This document shows positions 9,711 to 19,419 of a stretch of DNA of 64,000 nt, piece after piece. A model generated the notes under the pieces. It had not been told where the DNA came from and did not search any database. It saw only the letters and a list, made by a program, of their open reading frames with translations. The DNA lies in contig JBEPYO010000001.1 of NCBI GenBank assembly GCA_041641295.1, forward strand, positions 64,001 to 128,000. The letters are read 5' to 3'. The first letter of the stretch is position 1. Each line of letters opens with the position of its first letter. A program made the translations under genes and the position numbers. The stretch comes from Nitrososphaerota archaeon (lineage in GTDB: Archaea > Thermoproteota > Nitrososphaeria_A > Caldarchaeales > Calditenuaceae).

Positions 9711-11105
9711 TTATAGATATGGCGTAACGCCGCCCCTCATGAACGGCACGAAGTTTACGATGGTGAGGGCGACGTGGAGTATTCCTTTCAGATAGTTCTC
9801 TATCGAGATGCTCTCGTCTGGTGCGTGGACGTTTGACTGGTGGTCTCCAATACCTGCGGCTACACATGGCATCTGGAGGAGTTCTGTGACTAGGTACATT
9901 GGACCGGAGCCTGCTGAGGATGGGTAGATGATTGGCTTCATCCCGTACGCAGATTCCGCGGTCCTAGCTATGAGCTGGACAAAGGGCTCGCTCGGATGCG
10001 TCCTAGCCGCCGGATAACCCATGTCCAAAGGCACAACCGAGACTCTACCACCACTCACCCTCTCCACATGCCTCTTGACCAGCTCCAATACTCTCTCAGG
10101 CCTCATCCCTGGAACAAGCCTTATGTCGATCTTGGCGAAGGCTGAGCTTGGTAGGACTGTCTTTGAACCATGCCCAGTATAGCCTGACTGTATGCCGCAG
10201 ATGTTGATGCACGGCATGAGTGTGAGGTCGAAGAGCAGCTCCTTAGCCGATTTATTTGATAAGAGTCCTTCATCCCCGACGATGGCTCTAACCTCGGACT
10301 CGAAACCACTCAGCTCCTCCAGTAGCGCGACTGTCTCGCTATCTGGCATCTGAACGTCGTCGTAGAATCCTTCAATCAATACGCGCCCACTCCTGTCCCT
10401 CATAGAGGAGAGAAGGTGGACTAGCTCGAATGCGGGGTTCCTCACGATAGCCCCCCAAGATGAGTGGAGGTCAGGCCTCTTCTCAGAGGCGTGGAGCTCA
10501 AGGTATAGTATGCCTTTCGCTCCTAGGTAGATGTGTGGTCTACCGTCGGGGCTGGCCCCTCCCATCTCCCATAGGCAGGCATCGGCGCTTAGAATCTCTC
10601 TATGATTTTGGAAGAATTTGCTAAGGTGTGGACTTCCGATCTCCTCCTCACCCTCTATTAGAAACTTGATGTTCAGAGGGACTTCGCCGATGGTGTCTAG
10701 TAGCAGGTCTATAGCACATAGCCTTGCGGCAAGGTTACCCTTATTGTCGCAAGCACCTCTAGCGTATACTCTTTCATTTCTGATGGTTGGCTGGAATGGT
10801 GGTGAGGTCCACTTCTCGAGTGGGTCAGGTGGCTGGACGTCGTAGTGGTTGTAAATTAGGAGGGTGCCGTGCCGCTCCTCCCTAAGCTCCCCCCACACAA
10901 TTGGATAGCCTCCATGATCTGTGAAAATGTCGCTTCTAAGCCCTACCTTCTCCAACACCTCCGCTACACGGCCTGCCGCCTCCTCCATCCCTTCGCCCGT
11001 GGCCGAGACGCTTGGAAAGCTCAGCAGACTCTTTAAAAGCTGGAGATACTCCCCCCGCTTCTCGTTTATTCTATGCCAAAGCTCCCCTGTTATCCCGCTC
11101 ATCAT
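9711..11105 (-). CDS. M20/M25/M40 family metallopeptidase/deacylase
   Basis: YNHYDVQP, ARGACDNKG, EGEEEIGS, HAPDE. Confidence 0.9.
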   Translation of the reverse strand: MMSGITGELWHRINEKRGEYLQLLKSLLSFPSVSATGEGMEEAAGRVAEVLEKVGLRSDIFTDHGGYPIVWGELREERHGTLLIYNHYDVQPPDPLEKWTSPPFQPTIRNERVYARGACDNKGNLAARLCAIDLLLDTIGEVPLNIKFLIEGEEEIGSPHLSKFFQNHREILSADACLWEMGGASPDGRPHIYLGAKGILYLELHASEKRPDLHSSWGAIVRNPAFELVHLLSSMRDRSGRVLIEGFYDDVQMPDSETVALLEELSGFESEVRAIVGDEGLLSNKSAKELLFDLTLMPCINICGIQSGYTGHGSKTVLPSSAFAKIDIRLVPGMRPERVLELVKRHVERVSGGRVSVVPLDMGYPAARTHPSEPFVQLIARTAESAYGMKPIIYPSSAGSGPMYLVTELLQMPCVAAGIGDHQSNVHAPDESISIENYLKGILHVALTIVNFVPFMRGGVTPYL

Positions 11106-11230
11106 GGCTATGGGGTTCGCGCCCGCCGATAAGTCTTGAGGTTTGGCCTAACTGGGATAATCTCCAGTGGAAGGACTGGTAATAACATATATCGGCTCCT
11201 TTTACTATATTTATAGCAGGGTGACTGACC

Positions 11231-11587
11231 ATGCCTAAGCTCCAGACCGGCACCGTAATAGTGGGATACTATGCCACTAAGATTCGCCGGACACTCTTCG
11301 CACAGAACAGAGAACTGCTAAAGACTGGCCAGCTCGAGGCCAGCGAGATAGCTAGAGCAGCGGGAGAGCTGAACCAGAAGCTCTACACAGCACTAGTCGA
11401 GAAGCTAGTGCTTTCAAAAGGGGACATCGTGAGGATCGAGATAGAGTACGCAGTAGAGAACTCCAAGATCGTTTGGAATTTTGACACACTGAAGGTAAGT
11501 GTATACAGGCGGGTAGACCCGGACACGGTTGAGGCCGCTCTAAGGGCTATACGACAAGAGAAGCTGCAGGTAGAGGCTGATGGATGA
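11231..11587 (+). CDS. DUF2258 / ThermoDBP-related single-stranded nucleic acid binding protein
   Basis: LQTGTVIVGYYATKIRRTLFAQ...AAGELNQKLY...KGDIVRIEIEY resembles the ThermoDBP domain. Confidence 0.75.
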   Translation: MPKLQTGTVIVGYYATKIRRTLFAQNRELLKTGQLEASEIARAAGELNQKLYTALVEKLVLSKGDIVRIEIEYAVENSKIVWNFDTLKVSVYRRVDPDTVEAALRAIRQEKLQVEADG

Positions 11588-12522
11588 GGCCGCCCGAGGA
11601 GGTCCTCCTCAAGTATATCCTTCCAAACATTAGGGGCCTGCTGGCACACACACTGAGGAGGAGAGGCTACAGCCAATCAAGAATATCTGCAGTGCTGGGT
11701 GTAAGCCAGGCCGCGGTAAGTGGCTATCTCTCGCGAAGCGCATCCACATATTCCGACAGACTTAGGAGCTTCGGAATACCGGACGAGGAAATAGATGCCT
11801 TGGCTAACTCTTTGGCCAGCGCGGCAGCGGAGGGGGCTCCCAGATTAACCCAAGTACTCCACATGGCTTGGAGAAGACTACTCTCCAACGGCCACATCTG
11901 CAGGCTACACAGGAGACTCTATCCCGAACTAGCAGATTGCGAGGTCTGCATCGGCATCGAGGTGAGGTTGCCTCTCGAGAGGGAGAGAATTCTGGAGGAT
12001 CTTAGACTCGCAGCCGAGTTGGTGGAGCGCTCCCCCGAACTCTTACTCCTATATCCTGAGGTCTCGATAAACATTGCAACTGCTTTGGATAACGCTTCGA
12101 GTCTTAACGACATAGCTGCTTTTCCAGGCAGAATAGTTAGGATCGGTGCAAGGATGGTCCCAGTCAGCAAGCCTGCATTCGGTGCCTCAAAACACTTGGC
12201 CTCCATCCTCCTCGGCAGCATCAGGATCAACGCCGATAAGAAGAGTATCATGAATCTGAAGATGGTCAAGGGGGTGGAAGAGGTGATAAAGAAGGCCGGC
12301 CTCGTAGCGGTCAGCACCAAACCTAATGAGAGGGTGAGGAGTGAGGAAGAAGTGGTCTTTGACGTGATTGAGGCATTGAAGAGGAATCCCGCGGCGGATG
12401 TGGTGCTTGATGAGGGGGGTGTGGGGTTGGAGCCAGCCATCTATGTTTTCGGAAGAACCCCCATAGAAGTTGTAAACAAGGCCTGCAGCATAGCGAGACA
12501 GCTGAAAGAGTCTGGGTCTTAA
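11584..12522 (+). CDS. HTH + ThiN (thiamine-phosphate synthase-like) domain protein, ThiR-like regulator
   Basis: N-terminal HTH (SQSRISAVLGVSQAAVSGY), CxxH..CxxC segment, ThiN motifs PEVSINI, FPGRI, FGASKHLA, GGVGLEP. Confidence 0.85.
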   Translation: MRPPEEVLLKYILPNIRGLLAHTLRRRGYSQSRISAVLGVSQAAVSGYLSRSASTYSDRLRSFGIPDEEIDALANSLASAAAEGAPRLTQVLHMAWRRLLSNGHICRLHRRLYPELADCEVCIGIEVRLPLERERILEDLRLAAELVERSPELLLLYPEVSINIATALDNASSLNDIAAFPGRIVRIGARMVPVSKPAFGASKHLASILLGSIRINADKKSIMNLKMVKGVEEVIKKAGLVAVSTKPNERVRSEEEVVFDVIEALKRNPAADVVLDEGGVGLEPAIYVFGRTPIEVVNKACSIARQLKESGS

Positions 12523-12539
12523 GATTTGCGCCTGCTATG

Positions 12540-13499
12540 CTACGCGGTCTGAATTCTCCGCAGTATGTTGTTTAGGGCTTCTGTCAGGGCTTCCTTCAAC
12601 TTTTTAGCCGTCAGCACGCCACTCCTCCAGTCTTGGACAAACTCGCTATAATCGCTATATGTCTTCCCGCCCGCCTCGAAAACGCCAAGCCAAGGGAAAA
12701 CAACACGCTCCACAATCATTGTCAAAGGATTGTTCTCCAGTTCTCGTTCAGGGCAAAAGGCCTGGAAAACCTTTCTTGAGACCTCTTCCTCCCCATCATC
12801 GAGGAATATGGCGTTGTCAAGGCTCTTCGACATTTTCGCCCCGCCGTCAAGCCCTAGGATAATAGGTGTATGAATTGCCACAGGTTTAGGATATCCGAGC
12901 TTTCTAAGATACTCCCGCGCCATAACGTGGATCTTTCTCTGATCCATGCCTCCCACGGCGACATTTACCCCTAAATAGCCTATGTCTAGACATTGCATAA
13001 GCGCGTAAATCTCAGACCCGACCTTATACATGACATCCTTCTTGCTAATCATGTCCATGGCTTTTCTAGCCTCTGATGCTGTAACCAGCTTGGCTAGACG
13101 CATCAACTCTTTAACATAGCCTTCACTGAGCTGGTAACTTGAACCGTAGACAAACTCGACGTTTAAGCTCTCCACACCTCGAGACTTAACCACCTTTGAG
13201 AGGAGCTCCTGGTTCTGCCTCGCAACCTCCTTAAGATGTTCCAGCTCGCCCTTGTCGTTAAGCCATCCGTGAATATCTGCTAGAAGAAACTTTGTCTTAA
13301 AACCTGCTTTGGCAAGCCGGATTAGCGGCTCACAGGCCACCAGTGTACCCAAGTGTAGAATATTGCTTGGCTCGATCCCGATGTAGGCCTGAACCTTACC
13401 GGTCTCAAGAATGCTGTTAAATTCTTCCAAGGTTAAGACCTCCACAGATACGCTGCTTATGGACTTGGCGACCTCCTCCGGCGTTGCCCTAGCTGTCAT
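12540..13499 (-). CDS. tyrS: Tyrosyl-tRNA synthetase (archaeal type)
   Basis: YIGIEPS..HLG, YALMQCLDI, GGMDQRKIH, KMSKS. Confidence 0.95.
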   Translation of the reverse strand: MTARATPEEVAKSISSVSVEVLTLEEFNSILETGKVQAYIGIEPSNILHLGTLVACEPLIRLAKAGFKTKFLLADIHGWLNDKGELEHLKEVARQNQELLSKVVKSRGVESLNVEFVYGSSYQLSEGYVKELMRLAKLVTASEARKAMDMISKKDVMYKVGSEIYALMQCLDIGYLGVNVAVGGMDQRKIHVMAREYLRKLGYPKPVAIHTPIILGLDGGAKMSKSLDNAIFLDDGEEEVSRKVFQAFCPERELENNPLTMIVERVVFPWLGVFEAGGKTYSDYSEFVQDWRSGVLTAKKLKEALTEALNNILRRIQTA

Positions 13500-13708
13500 T
13501 CCAGCCTTAGCTCTTTCCGGCGGCTATATATTCTAATATCCACCCGGTGCCGGGGTCTCAGCCCTCACTTTCGGATGTGGAGGACACACTGACAAGCTCA
13601 TGGCCAACAGCCGACCAGACAACGGTATTCTCTCTTTCGGGGAGGTGTGTGAAAACTCTTAAAAATGTGTTCCGACAAACGAGTTATATGAGGCCCACGT
13701 AGTGGGCC

Positions 13709-16384
13709 TTGCTCGGTGGCTTGGGAGTGGGTATAAAACTTGAAGGGTATCCGGTCAAGAAGATCGTCAAGAGGGACGGACGCGTAGTGGATTTTGACTA
13801 TCGGCGCATCCGCGAGGCCATCAAGAAGGCTATGATCTCGGTGGACAAATATGATGAAGCCCTCCTCGACCAAGTGGTCGAGTATGTCCTTCAGGTCATA
13901 GCGGAGAAGTATGGCGCGGAGCGGACGCCGCATGTGGAGAATGTTCAGGATATAGTTGAGCTCGCCCTAGTTAGATTTGACCTCTATGAGGTCGCTAAGT
14001 CCTATATCCTGTATAGGAAGCAGAGGGAGCGCATCAGGAAGGAGAAGATGCTAATCCTTGAAACAGACTATCTTGACGAGGTTGATAAGAGGTTCTCGGT
14101 AAACGCTTTGAGACTCATGGCGAGTAGATACCTCCTCAAGAATGAGGAGGGGAAGCTTGCAGAGCGGCCTAAACAGCTGTTTCAAAGGGTGGCTGCGCTA
14201 ATAGTGATTCCCGACATACTCTACGACCCGCTAATCTTCGACAAGGAGGCTAAACAGGGGGTACACCCCCAAGAATCCTTCAACCCGGAGTTCTGGGCTG
14301 GGAAGATCGGCCTCGGCAAGAACGGCGAGGGCTACCAGGTTTACTGGAATAGATGGCACCTTGAGAGGATGAAAAAGCTCTACGACAACCTCAACTCCCA
14401 AGGCATGATGAAATACCCGTGGAGCGTTTTCTGGGAGATGCTTCTCTCAGGCGCCTTTGACCACCATTACAGCGACTACCTCAACTACTATAACCTCATG
14501 GTTGAGAAGAAGTTCATGCCCAACAGCCCAACCCTCTTTAACGCAGGAGCTAGGCTGGGTCAGCTCTCAGCCTGCTTCGTCCTACCCATCGAGGATAATA
14601 TCGAGTCGATAATGAGGGCTGCGACGGAGGCGGCCATCATCTTCAAGAGTGGCGGAGGCATAGGGATCAACTACTCCAAGCTGAGGCCTGAGGGCGATGT
14701 TGTCTTCTCCACCTCAGGAGTCGCTTCGGGGCCGGTAACCTTCATGCGGATTATAGACACAGTAACCGAAGTGGTGAAGCAGGGTGGGAAGAGGAGGGGG
14801 GCGAATATGGGTATCTTGGAGGTCTGGCATCCGGACATTGAGAAGTTTATCCGGGCAAAGGAGAAGGAGGGATTCTTAGAGAACTTCAACATCAGCGTAC
14901 TCATAGATGACAAGTTTATGGAGTGTCTCGAAAACGACACTCCTTACGAGCTCAGGAACCCGCGAGACGGTAAGGTTTGGGGGACGAAGAGCCCCTCACA
15001 CCTCTTCCACCTCATAGCTGAAATGGCATGGAAGACCGCTGACCCCGGAGTCCTATTCCTCGAGAACATCAATAGAAGAAACCCGCTTCGGAAGGCCCTC
15101 GGCAACATTACTTCCACCAACCCCTGTGGGGAGGAGCCCCTATACGAGTATGAGTCCTGCAACCTAGGCTCCATCAACTTGTATGCATTCGTGAGGTCTA
15201 CTGAGAAGGGGAAAGAGATTGACTGGGATGCTCTCCGGGAGGCTGTGAAAATCGCCTACAGGTTCCTAGACAACGTGATAGATGTGAACAACTATCCACT
15301 ACAGAGCATAGACGAGATGTCGAAGAAGACGCGGAGAATCGGGCTCGGATTTATGGGGCTTGCAGACCTCCTCTTCGCACTGCGTATCCCATACAACAGT
15401 GAGGAGGGGTTCAGCCTCATGCAGAGGATAACAGAGTTCATAGCGTATCACGCCTACAGTGAGAGCATTGAGCGTGCCAAGGAGAGGGGAGTCTTCCCAC
15501 TCTATTGGGAAAGCTCTTACGTAAATGGCCAGCTCCCACTGGAGGGCTTCTATAAGAGGGAGCTCTGGACAATGGATTGGGACAGAATCGCTGAGGATGT
15601 AAAGCGCTACGGCATCCGCAACAGCTTCCTAATGTCAATCGCACCCACCGGCAGCATATCCATGCTGGTAGATACGAGTTCGGGTCTAGAGCCTGTCTTC
15701 GCACTGATTTACGAGAAGCACGTGACCGTCGGCGTTTTTCACTACATAGACCCGGAGTTTGAGAACTACTTGAAGGAAGCAGGCCTCTATAACGAGCAGA
15801 TCTTCAAGATGGTTGCTGACAACGGAGGCTCAATACAGGGTCTAGACGTCTTTCCAGAGGAGGCTAGGAGGGTCTTCGTGGTGGCGTATGACGTGCCATG
15901 GTGGGATCATGTGAGGGCCCAGTATCATGTGGGCCTCTGGGTAGACGCGGCAGTCAGTAAGACGATTAACATGCCCAGCTGGGTTACTGTCGAGGATGTC
16001 AAGAACGCGTACCTATTCGCCTACAAACTCGGGTTGAAGGGCATTACAATCTACAGGGACCTCTCAAAGTCTACGCAAGTCTTGGTAACTCCGAGCCAGA
16101 GGGAGTCGAGGTACGTTACAGTCGTGGAGAATAATACGCTGAACATTATGAGGGGGTTGGGCATTGAAATCAAGGTTCCATCGCCTGAGAAGGCTCGGAG
16201 GACTGCCATACCTCTTCAAGTATCGCTAACAGAGCCGCGAGAAGAGCCAATCTTAAACATCGAGACGGGGAGCGGTGAAGAGAAGTACGATGTTTGTCCA
16301 GACTGCAAAAGCAGGAACCTAGTGTGGCAGGAGGGCTGTGTGAAGTGCATTGACTGCGGCTGGACCAGCTGCGTGATTTCTTAG
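13709..16384 (+). CDS. nrdJ: Adenosylcobalamin-dependent (class II) ribonucleotide reductase with N-terminal ATP-cone and C-terminal Zn ribbon
   Basis: IVKRDGR ATP-cone, PNSPTLFNAG, LSACFV, NPCGEEPL, IAPTGSIS, CPDC..CIDC; start uncertain. Confidence 0.92.
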   Translation: MLGGLGVGIKLEGYPVKKIVKRDGRVVDFDYRRIREAIKKAMISVDKYDEALLDQVVEYVLQVIAEKYGAERTPHVENVQDIVELALVRFDLYEVAKSYILYRKQRERIRKEKMLILETDYLDEVDKRFSVNALRLMASRYLLKNEEGKLAERPKQLFQRVAALIVIPDILYDPLIFDKEAKQGVHPQESFNPEFWAGKIGLGKNGEGYQVYWNRWHLERMKKLYDNLNSQGMMKYPWSVFWEMLLSGAFDHHYSDYLNYYNLMVEKKFMPNSPTLFNAGARLGQLSACFVLPIEDNIESIMRAATEAAIIFKSGGGIGINYSKLRPEGDVVFSTSGVASGPVTFMRIIDTVTEVVKQGGKRRGANMGILEVWHPDIEKFIRAKEKEGFLENFNISVLIDDKFMECLENDTPYELRNPRDGKVWGTKSPSHLFHLIAEMAWKTADPGVLFLENINRRNPLRKALGNITSTNPCGEEPLYEYESCNLGSINLYAFVRSTEKGKEIDWDALREAVKIAYRFLDNVIDVNNYPLQSIDEMSKKTRRIGLGFMGLADLLFALRIPYNSEEGFSLMQRITEFIAYHAYSESIERAKERGVFPLYWESSYVNGQLPLEGFYKRELWTMDWDRIAEDVKRYGIRNSFLMSIAPTGSISMLVDTSSGLEPVFALIYEKHVTVGVFHYIDPEFENYLKEAGLYNEQIFKMVADNGGSIQGLDVFPEEARRVFVVAYDVPWWDHVRAQYHVGLWVDAAVSKTINMPSWVTVEDVKNAYLFAYKLGLKGITIYRDLSKSTQVLVTPSQRESRYVTVVENNTLNIMRGLGIEIKVPSPEKARRTAIPLQVSLTEPREEPILNIETGSGEEKYDVCPDCKSRNLVWQEGCVKCIDCGWTSCVIS

Positions 16385-16433
16385 ACGTTCTCAGAATCGG
16401 AATAGGTATTTATCAAGAATCGGTCTCGAGTTT

Positions 16434-17342
16434 TTGGTGGCTCAGGTACTTATTACTGGCTCTCAGGGATTCATTGGTAGAAGTCTCCGGGAATATCTTG
16501 TGAGGGAGGGGTATTCGGTTTTAGGCTTGGATGTTTGTGAAGGTGCGGAGATAAAGGCTAACATCCTCTCGCTGGATGAGCTGTTATCATCCCTCCGAGA
16601 CTACAGGCCGAGCCACATAGTCCATCTGGCAGCGATATCAAACCCCCCTGCATGTAGGTCCGACCCGCACAACTGTCTAAACACAAACGTCCTCGGCACA
16701 GTCAATATGCTTGAAGTAGCCCGTCGACTAGGTGTTGACAGGTTTGTGTATCTCTCTTCAGCCAACGTTTATGGGCCACACCCTCCTCTCCCAGTCGTGG
16801 AGGAAACCCCTCTCCAGCCACGCACAGTATACGACTACTCTAAAGTCATGGCGGAAAAATGTGTCGAGGCCTACAGTCGCGTGTATGGTGTTCCCGCAGT
16901 GATTTTCAGGTCTTGGAAGGTCTTCGGAGAATACGACTCGCCCCAGAGTGCAATATCTCGGTTTATAGACGCTTGCCTGAGGGGTGGCGAAATAACGCTG
17001 TACAACGGCGGTAGAGACGTTACAGACCCCTACCACGTAGATAACCTGTGCCATGCGATTGAGCTGGCTTTGAGGAGCGAGAAGGCTGTCGGAGAAGTCT
17101 TCAACGTGGGGACTGGAAATGCCGTCTCGATTAGAGAGCTTGCGGAGCTTATAAAGAGGCTGACTTCCTCAAACGCAGCTCTTAAGGATGCGCCACCGCG
17201 GAGTGCGGAGGAGTCGGAGCCCATGATAAGCTATCCATCAATCGAAAAGATCGTGAGGCTACTTGGTTACAGGCCGATAGTAAGCCTTGAAGAGGGTCTC
17301 AAGAGGCAGATTAGACACCGTCAACGAGCCCTCGGCTTGTGA
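16434..17342 (+). CDS. NAD-dependent epimerase/dehydratase (extended SDR)
   Basis: TGSQGFIG, YDYSK. Confidence 0.9.
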   Translation: MVAQVLITGSQGFIGRSLREYLVREGYSVLGLDVCEGAEIKANILSLDELLSSLRDYRPSHIVHLAAISNPPACRSDPHNCLNTNVLGTVNMLEVARRLGVDRFVYLSSANVYGPHPPLPVVEETPLQPRTVYDYSKVMAEKCVEAYSRVYGVPAVIFRSWKVFGEYDSPQSAISRFIDACLRGGEITLYNGGRDVTDPYHVDNLCHAIELALRSEKAVGEVFNVGTGNAVSIRELAELIKRLTSSNAALKDAPPRSAEESEPMISYPSIEKIVRLLGYRPIVSLEEGLKRQIRHRQRALGL

Positions 17343-18504
17343 AAAACTTCTGAGCCATCTCCCTCAGTGCATTATATCCGCCAACACCCCGGTCGACATA
17401 GGCCCTGACGATATAGATTGGTTTCGCCGTCATCTCGAGGATCCAAGACCTCGCCTCGCGCCTCTCATGGCTTCCACTCACCCTTATCGTCAGCTCTGCT
17501 GGGCCATACTTTGTGAGTGGAGGTACGACTGACGAGTCGATGTAGACATTCTCTGCGGGCAGGTGGAGTGTTTCGGCAAGCTCCGCTTCAATCTCTCTCT
17601 TCTTCTCGCTAGACCAAGAGGCTGTGTGTGGGCCCTCAGCCCTACCCTCAAAGATCATCTTCGGAAGAATCCTTCTTGAAAGTGCGTCCATTCTGCCCCT
17701 GGATTTCGGGTTGTTTTTGAGCATGCACCAGACTGCGAAGTCGTCGAGGTTTAGGTAGTCTTCAATTGGCAGCTCAGCTATTCCTGTTAGCTCTCCGCCA
17801 TACTCCTCCGCCGCCCTGAGGAGCTGGAGCTGGGCTGCCCGGACGGCGTGGTGGAAATATATGTTGAGGAAGGAGTGGAGCCGTGCTACTGCAAGCTCCT
17901 CCAACACCCCCCGCCCCCTCTCATCAATACATATCTCACCATCCTCGATCTTTGTCAGGTAGATGAGACGCCTCACGTCAATCACCCCGTAGGTCGCCCC
18001 TGTGAAGTATGAGTCTCTTAGTAGGAAGTCCAGCCTGTCCACGTCTATAGGTCCCGATACCAGCTTGCTTAGCCTGTGCTTACCTTCCAGAAGTCCTATG
18101 AGTTCGCCTATGTCTATGCCAGCCCCCTCAACGGCTAGTCTCAGCTCGTCGTTGCCCGAGATTATCCTCCTACCTATCTCCTCGTGTGTATAGCCCCTCT
18201 CGATGAGGAACTCCTCAAATAAGTGTGAAAAAGGGGTGTGTCCTATGTCGTGTAGGAGGGCTGCTGCCTTGAAGACGCGTGCATCGTCCTCCTGCAGGCC
18301 TAAACTCTTTGCAAACTCTTCTGCTAGGACCATGGATCCTAGGGAGTGGTCGAAGCGCGTGTGGCGTGCTCCGGGGTATACAAGGTATGCTAGGGGGAGT
18401 TGCCCAATTCTCCTCAGCCTCTGAAACGCAAACGTGTCCACGATTCTAAGCTCCCAGTCTGAGAGTGTGATATAGCCGTGGACCGGGTCCTTAATCAGCT
18501 TCAA
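17311..18504 (-). CDS. HD-domain phosphohydrolase (SAMHD1/dGTPase-like)
   Basis: IKDPVHG, FQRLRRIGQL, HTRFDHSLG, LLHDIGHTPFSH, DVDRLDFLLRD. Confidence 0.9.
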   Translation of the reverse strand: MKLIKDPVHGYITLSDWELRIVDTFAFQRLRRIGQLPLAYLVYPGARHTRFDHSLGSMVLAEEFAKSLGLQEDDARVFKAAALLHDIGHTPFSHLFEEFLIERGYTHEEIGRRIISGNDELRLAVEGAGIDIGELIGLLEGKHRLSKLVSGPIDVDRLDFLLRDSYFTGATYGVIDVRRLIYLTKIEDGEICIDERGRGVLEELAVARLHSFLNIYFHHAVRAAQLQLLRAAEEYGGELTGIAELPIEDYLNLDDFAVWCMLKNNPKSRGRMDALSRRILPKMIFEGRAEGPHTASWSSEKKREIEAELAETLHLPAENVYIDSSVVPPLTKYGPAELTIRVSGSHERREARSWILEMTAKPIYIVRAYVDRGVGGYNALREMAQKFFTSRGLVDGV

Positions 18505-18555
18505 AACCGCTACCCTCCACTTCTAGCCGCCGATATATCATGGTTTCCCGTGTCT

Positions 18556-19419
18556 TTATTTGAGCGCCCCTAGGAGGAACCCTACTAAGCCTATGAGCAT
18601 CCAGACTAGATATTCTGACTTGGTCTTTCTGCTTGTATCAGGGTCTCGAAGCAATCTAATGCTGGAGTATGTGAAACCTGCGCACGCTATTGTGACTGGC
18701 GGTATGTAGAGGGGGCTCATAGCTCCGATGGCTATGGGAAGCGGACTTAGAGCAACGGCGGTGAAGACGAGGCCTGCACCTAGTCTCGCCGCAGCATGTT
18801 TGCCATGTGTAATTGCATATGTCTTGACTCCGCGACTTCTATCACCCTCCACATCGGAGATCCCTTTGACGACCTCCCTCCCCATCCCGGCGAGGAAGGA
18901 CATAGAGGATATAATGGCGACTGGTACGCCTACCGCGCCTTCAGCAAGTATTGCGCCGTAGATGTAGGGAGCGGATATTGTGGCACTCACTGCCGCGTTG
19001 CCGACCAGTCCCGTCTTCTTTAGGAAGGTATTGTAGGCGAGTGCGAGGGCGTAGAATATAGCCGCCACCAACAGGGGGCTAGGACCCAAGAGAGCCGATG
19101 ACGCCAACCCGGCGAGTCCGAGGAGGATTGAGAATGGGACTGCCTCGGAGACTTTGACCAGTCCTGAGGGTATGGGTCGACTGGGATTGTTGACGGCATC
19201 TATTTCCCTGTCTATGATGTCGTTCACAACCATGGATGAAGCCGTTAGACCATAGGCGGTAACCGCTGCGAAAACCCCCTCTAAAAGTGTGGGAATTCTG
19301 CCGCTCTGGACAAAATATCCCACGTAAACCGCGAAGATCATCATCAAGCCGTTTGGGGGACGTGTTATCTCTACGAATCCCCTGATCCTCAGAGATTTGA
19401 GAGGTTCGTGTCTGTGCAT
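18556..19419 (-). CDS. UbiA-family prenyltransferase, likely digeranylgeranylglyceryl phosphate synthase
   Basis: NDIIDREIDAVNNPSRPIPSG, REVVKGISDVEGD; multi-TM. Confidence 0.85.
   Translation of the reverse strand: MHRHEPLKSLRIRGFVEITRPPNGLMMIFAVYVGYFVQSGRIPTLLEGVFAAVTAYGLTASSMVVNDIIDREIDAVNNPSRPIPSGLVKVSEAVPFSILLGLAGLASSALLGPSPLLVAAIFYALALAYNTFLKKTGLVGNAAVSATISAPYIYGAILAEGAVGVPVAIISSMSFLAGMGREVVKGISDVEGDRSRGVKTYAITHGKHAAARLGAGLVFTAVALSPLPIAIGAMSPLYIPPVTIACAGFTYSSIRLLRDPDTSRKTKSEYLVWMLIGLVGFLLGALK

Noticed and set aside
11161-11173. TCCAGTGGAA, resembling an ORB core
   Set aside because: Single copy, with no G-string, AT-rich unwinding element or cdc6 nearby.
13541-13700. Cobalamin riboswitch or hammerhead upstream of nrdJ
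   Set aside because: The conserved core motifs of either RNA are not present in the required order.
13709-16384. Intein in the RNR
   Set aside because: No intein terminal motifs or LAGLIDADG blocks; length fits an intein-free NrdJ.
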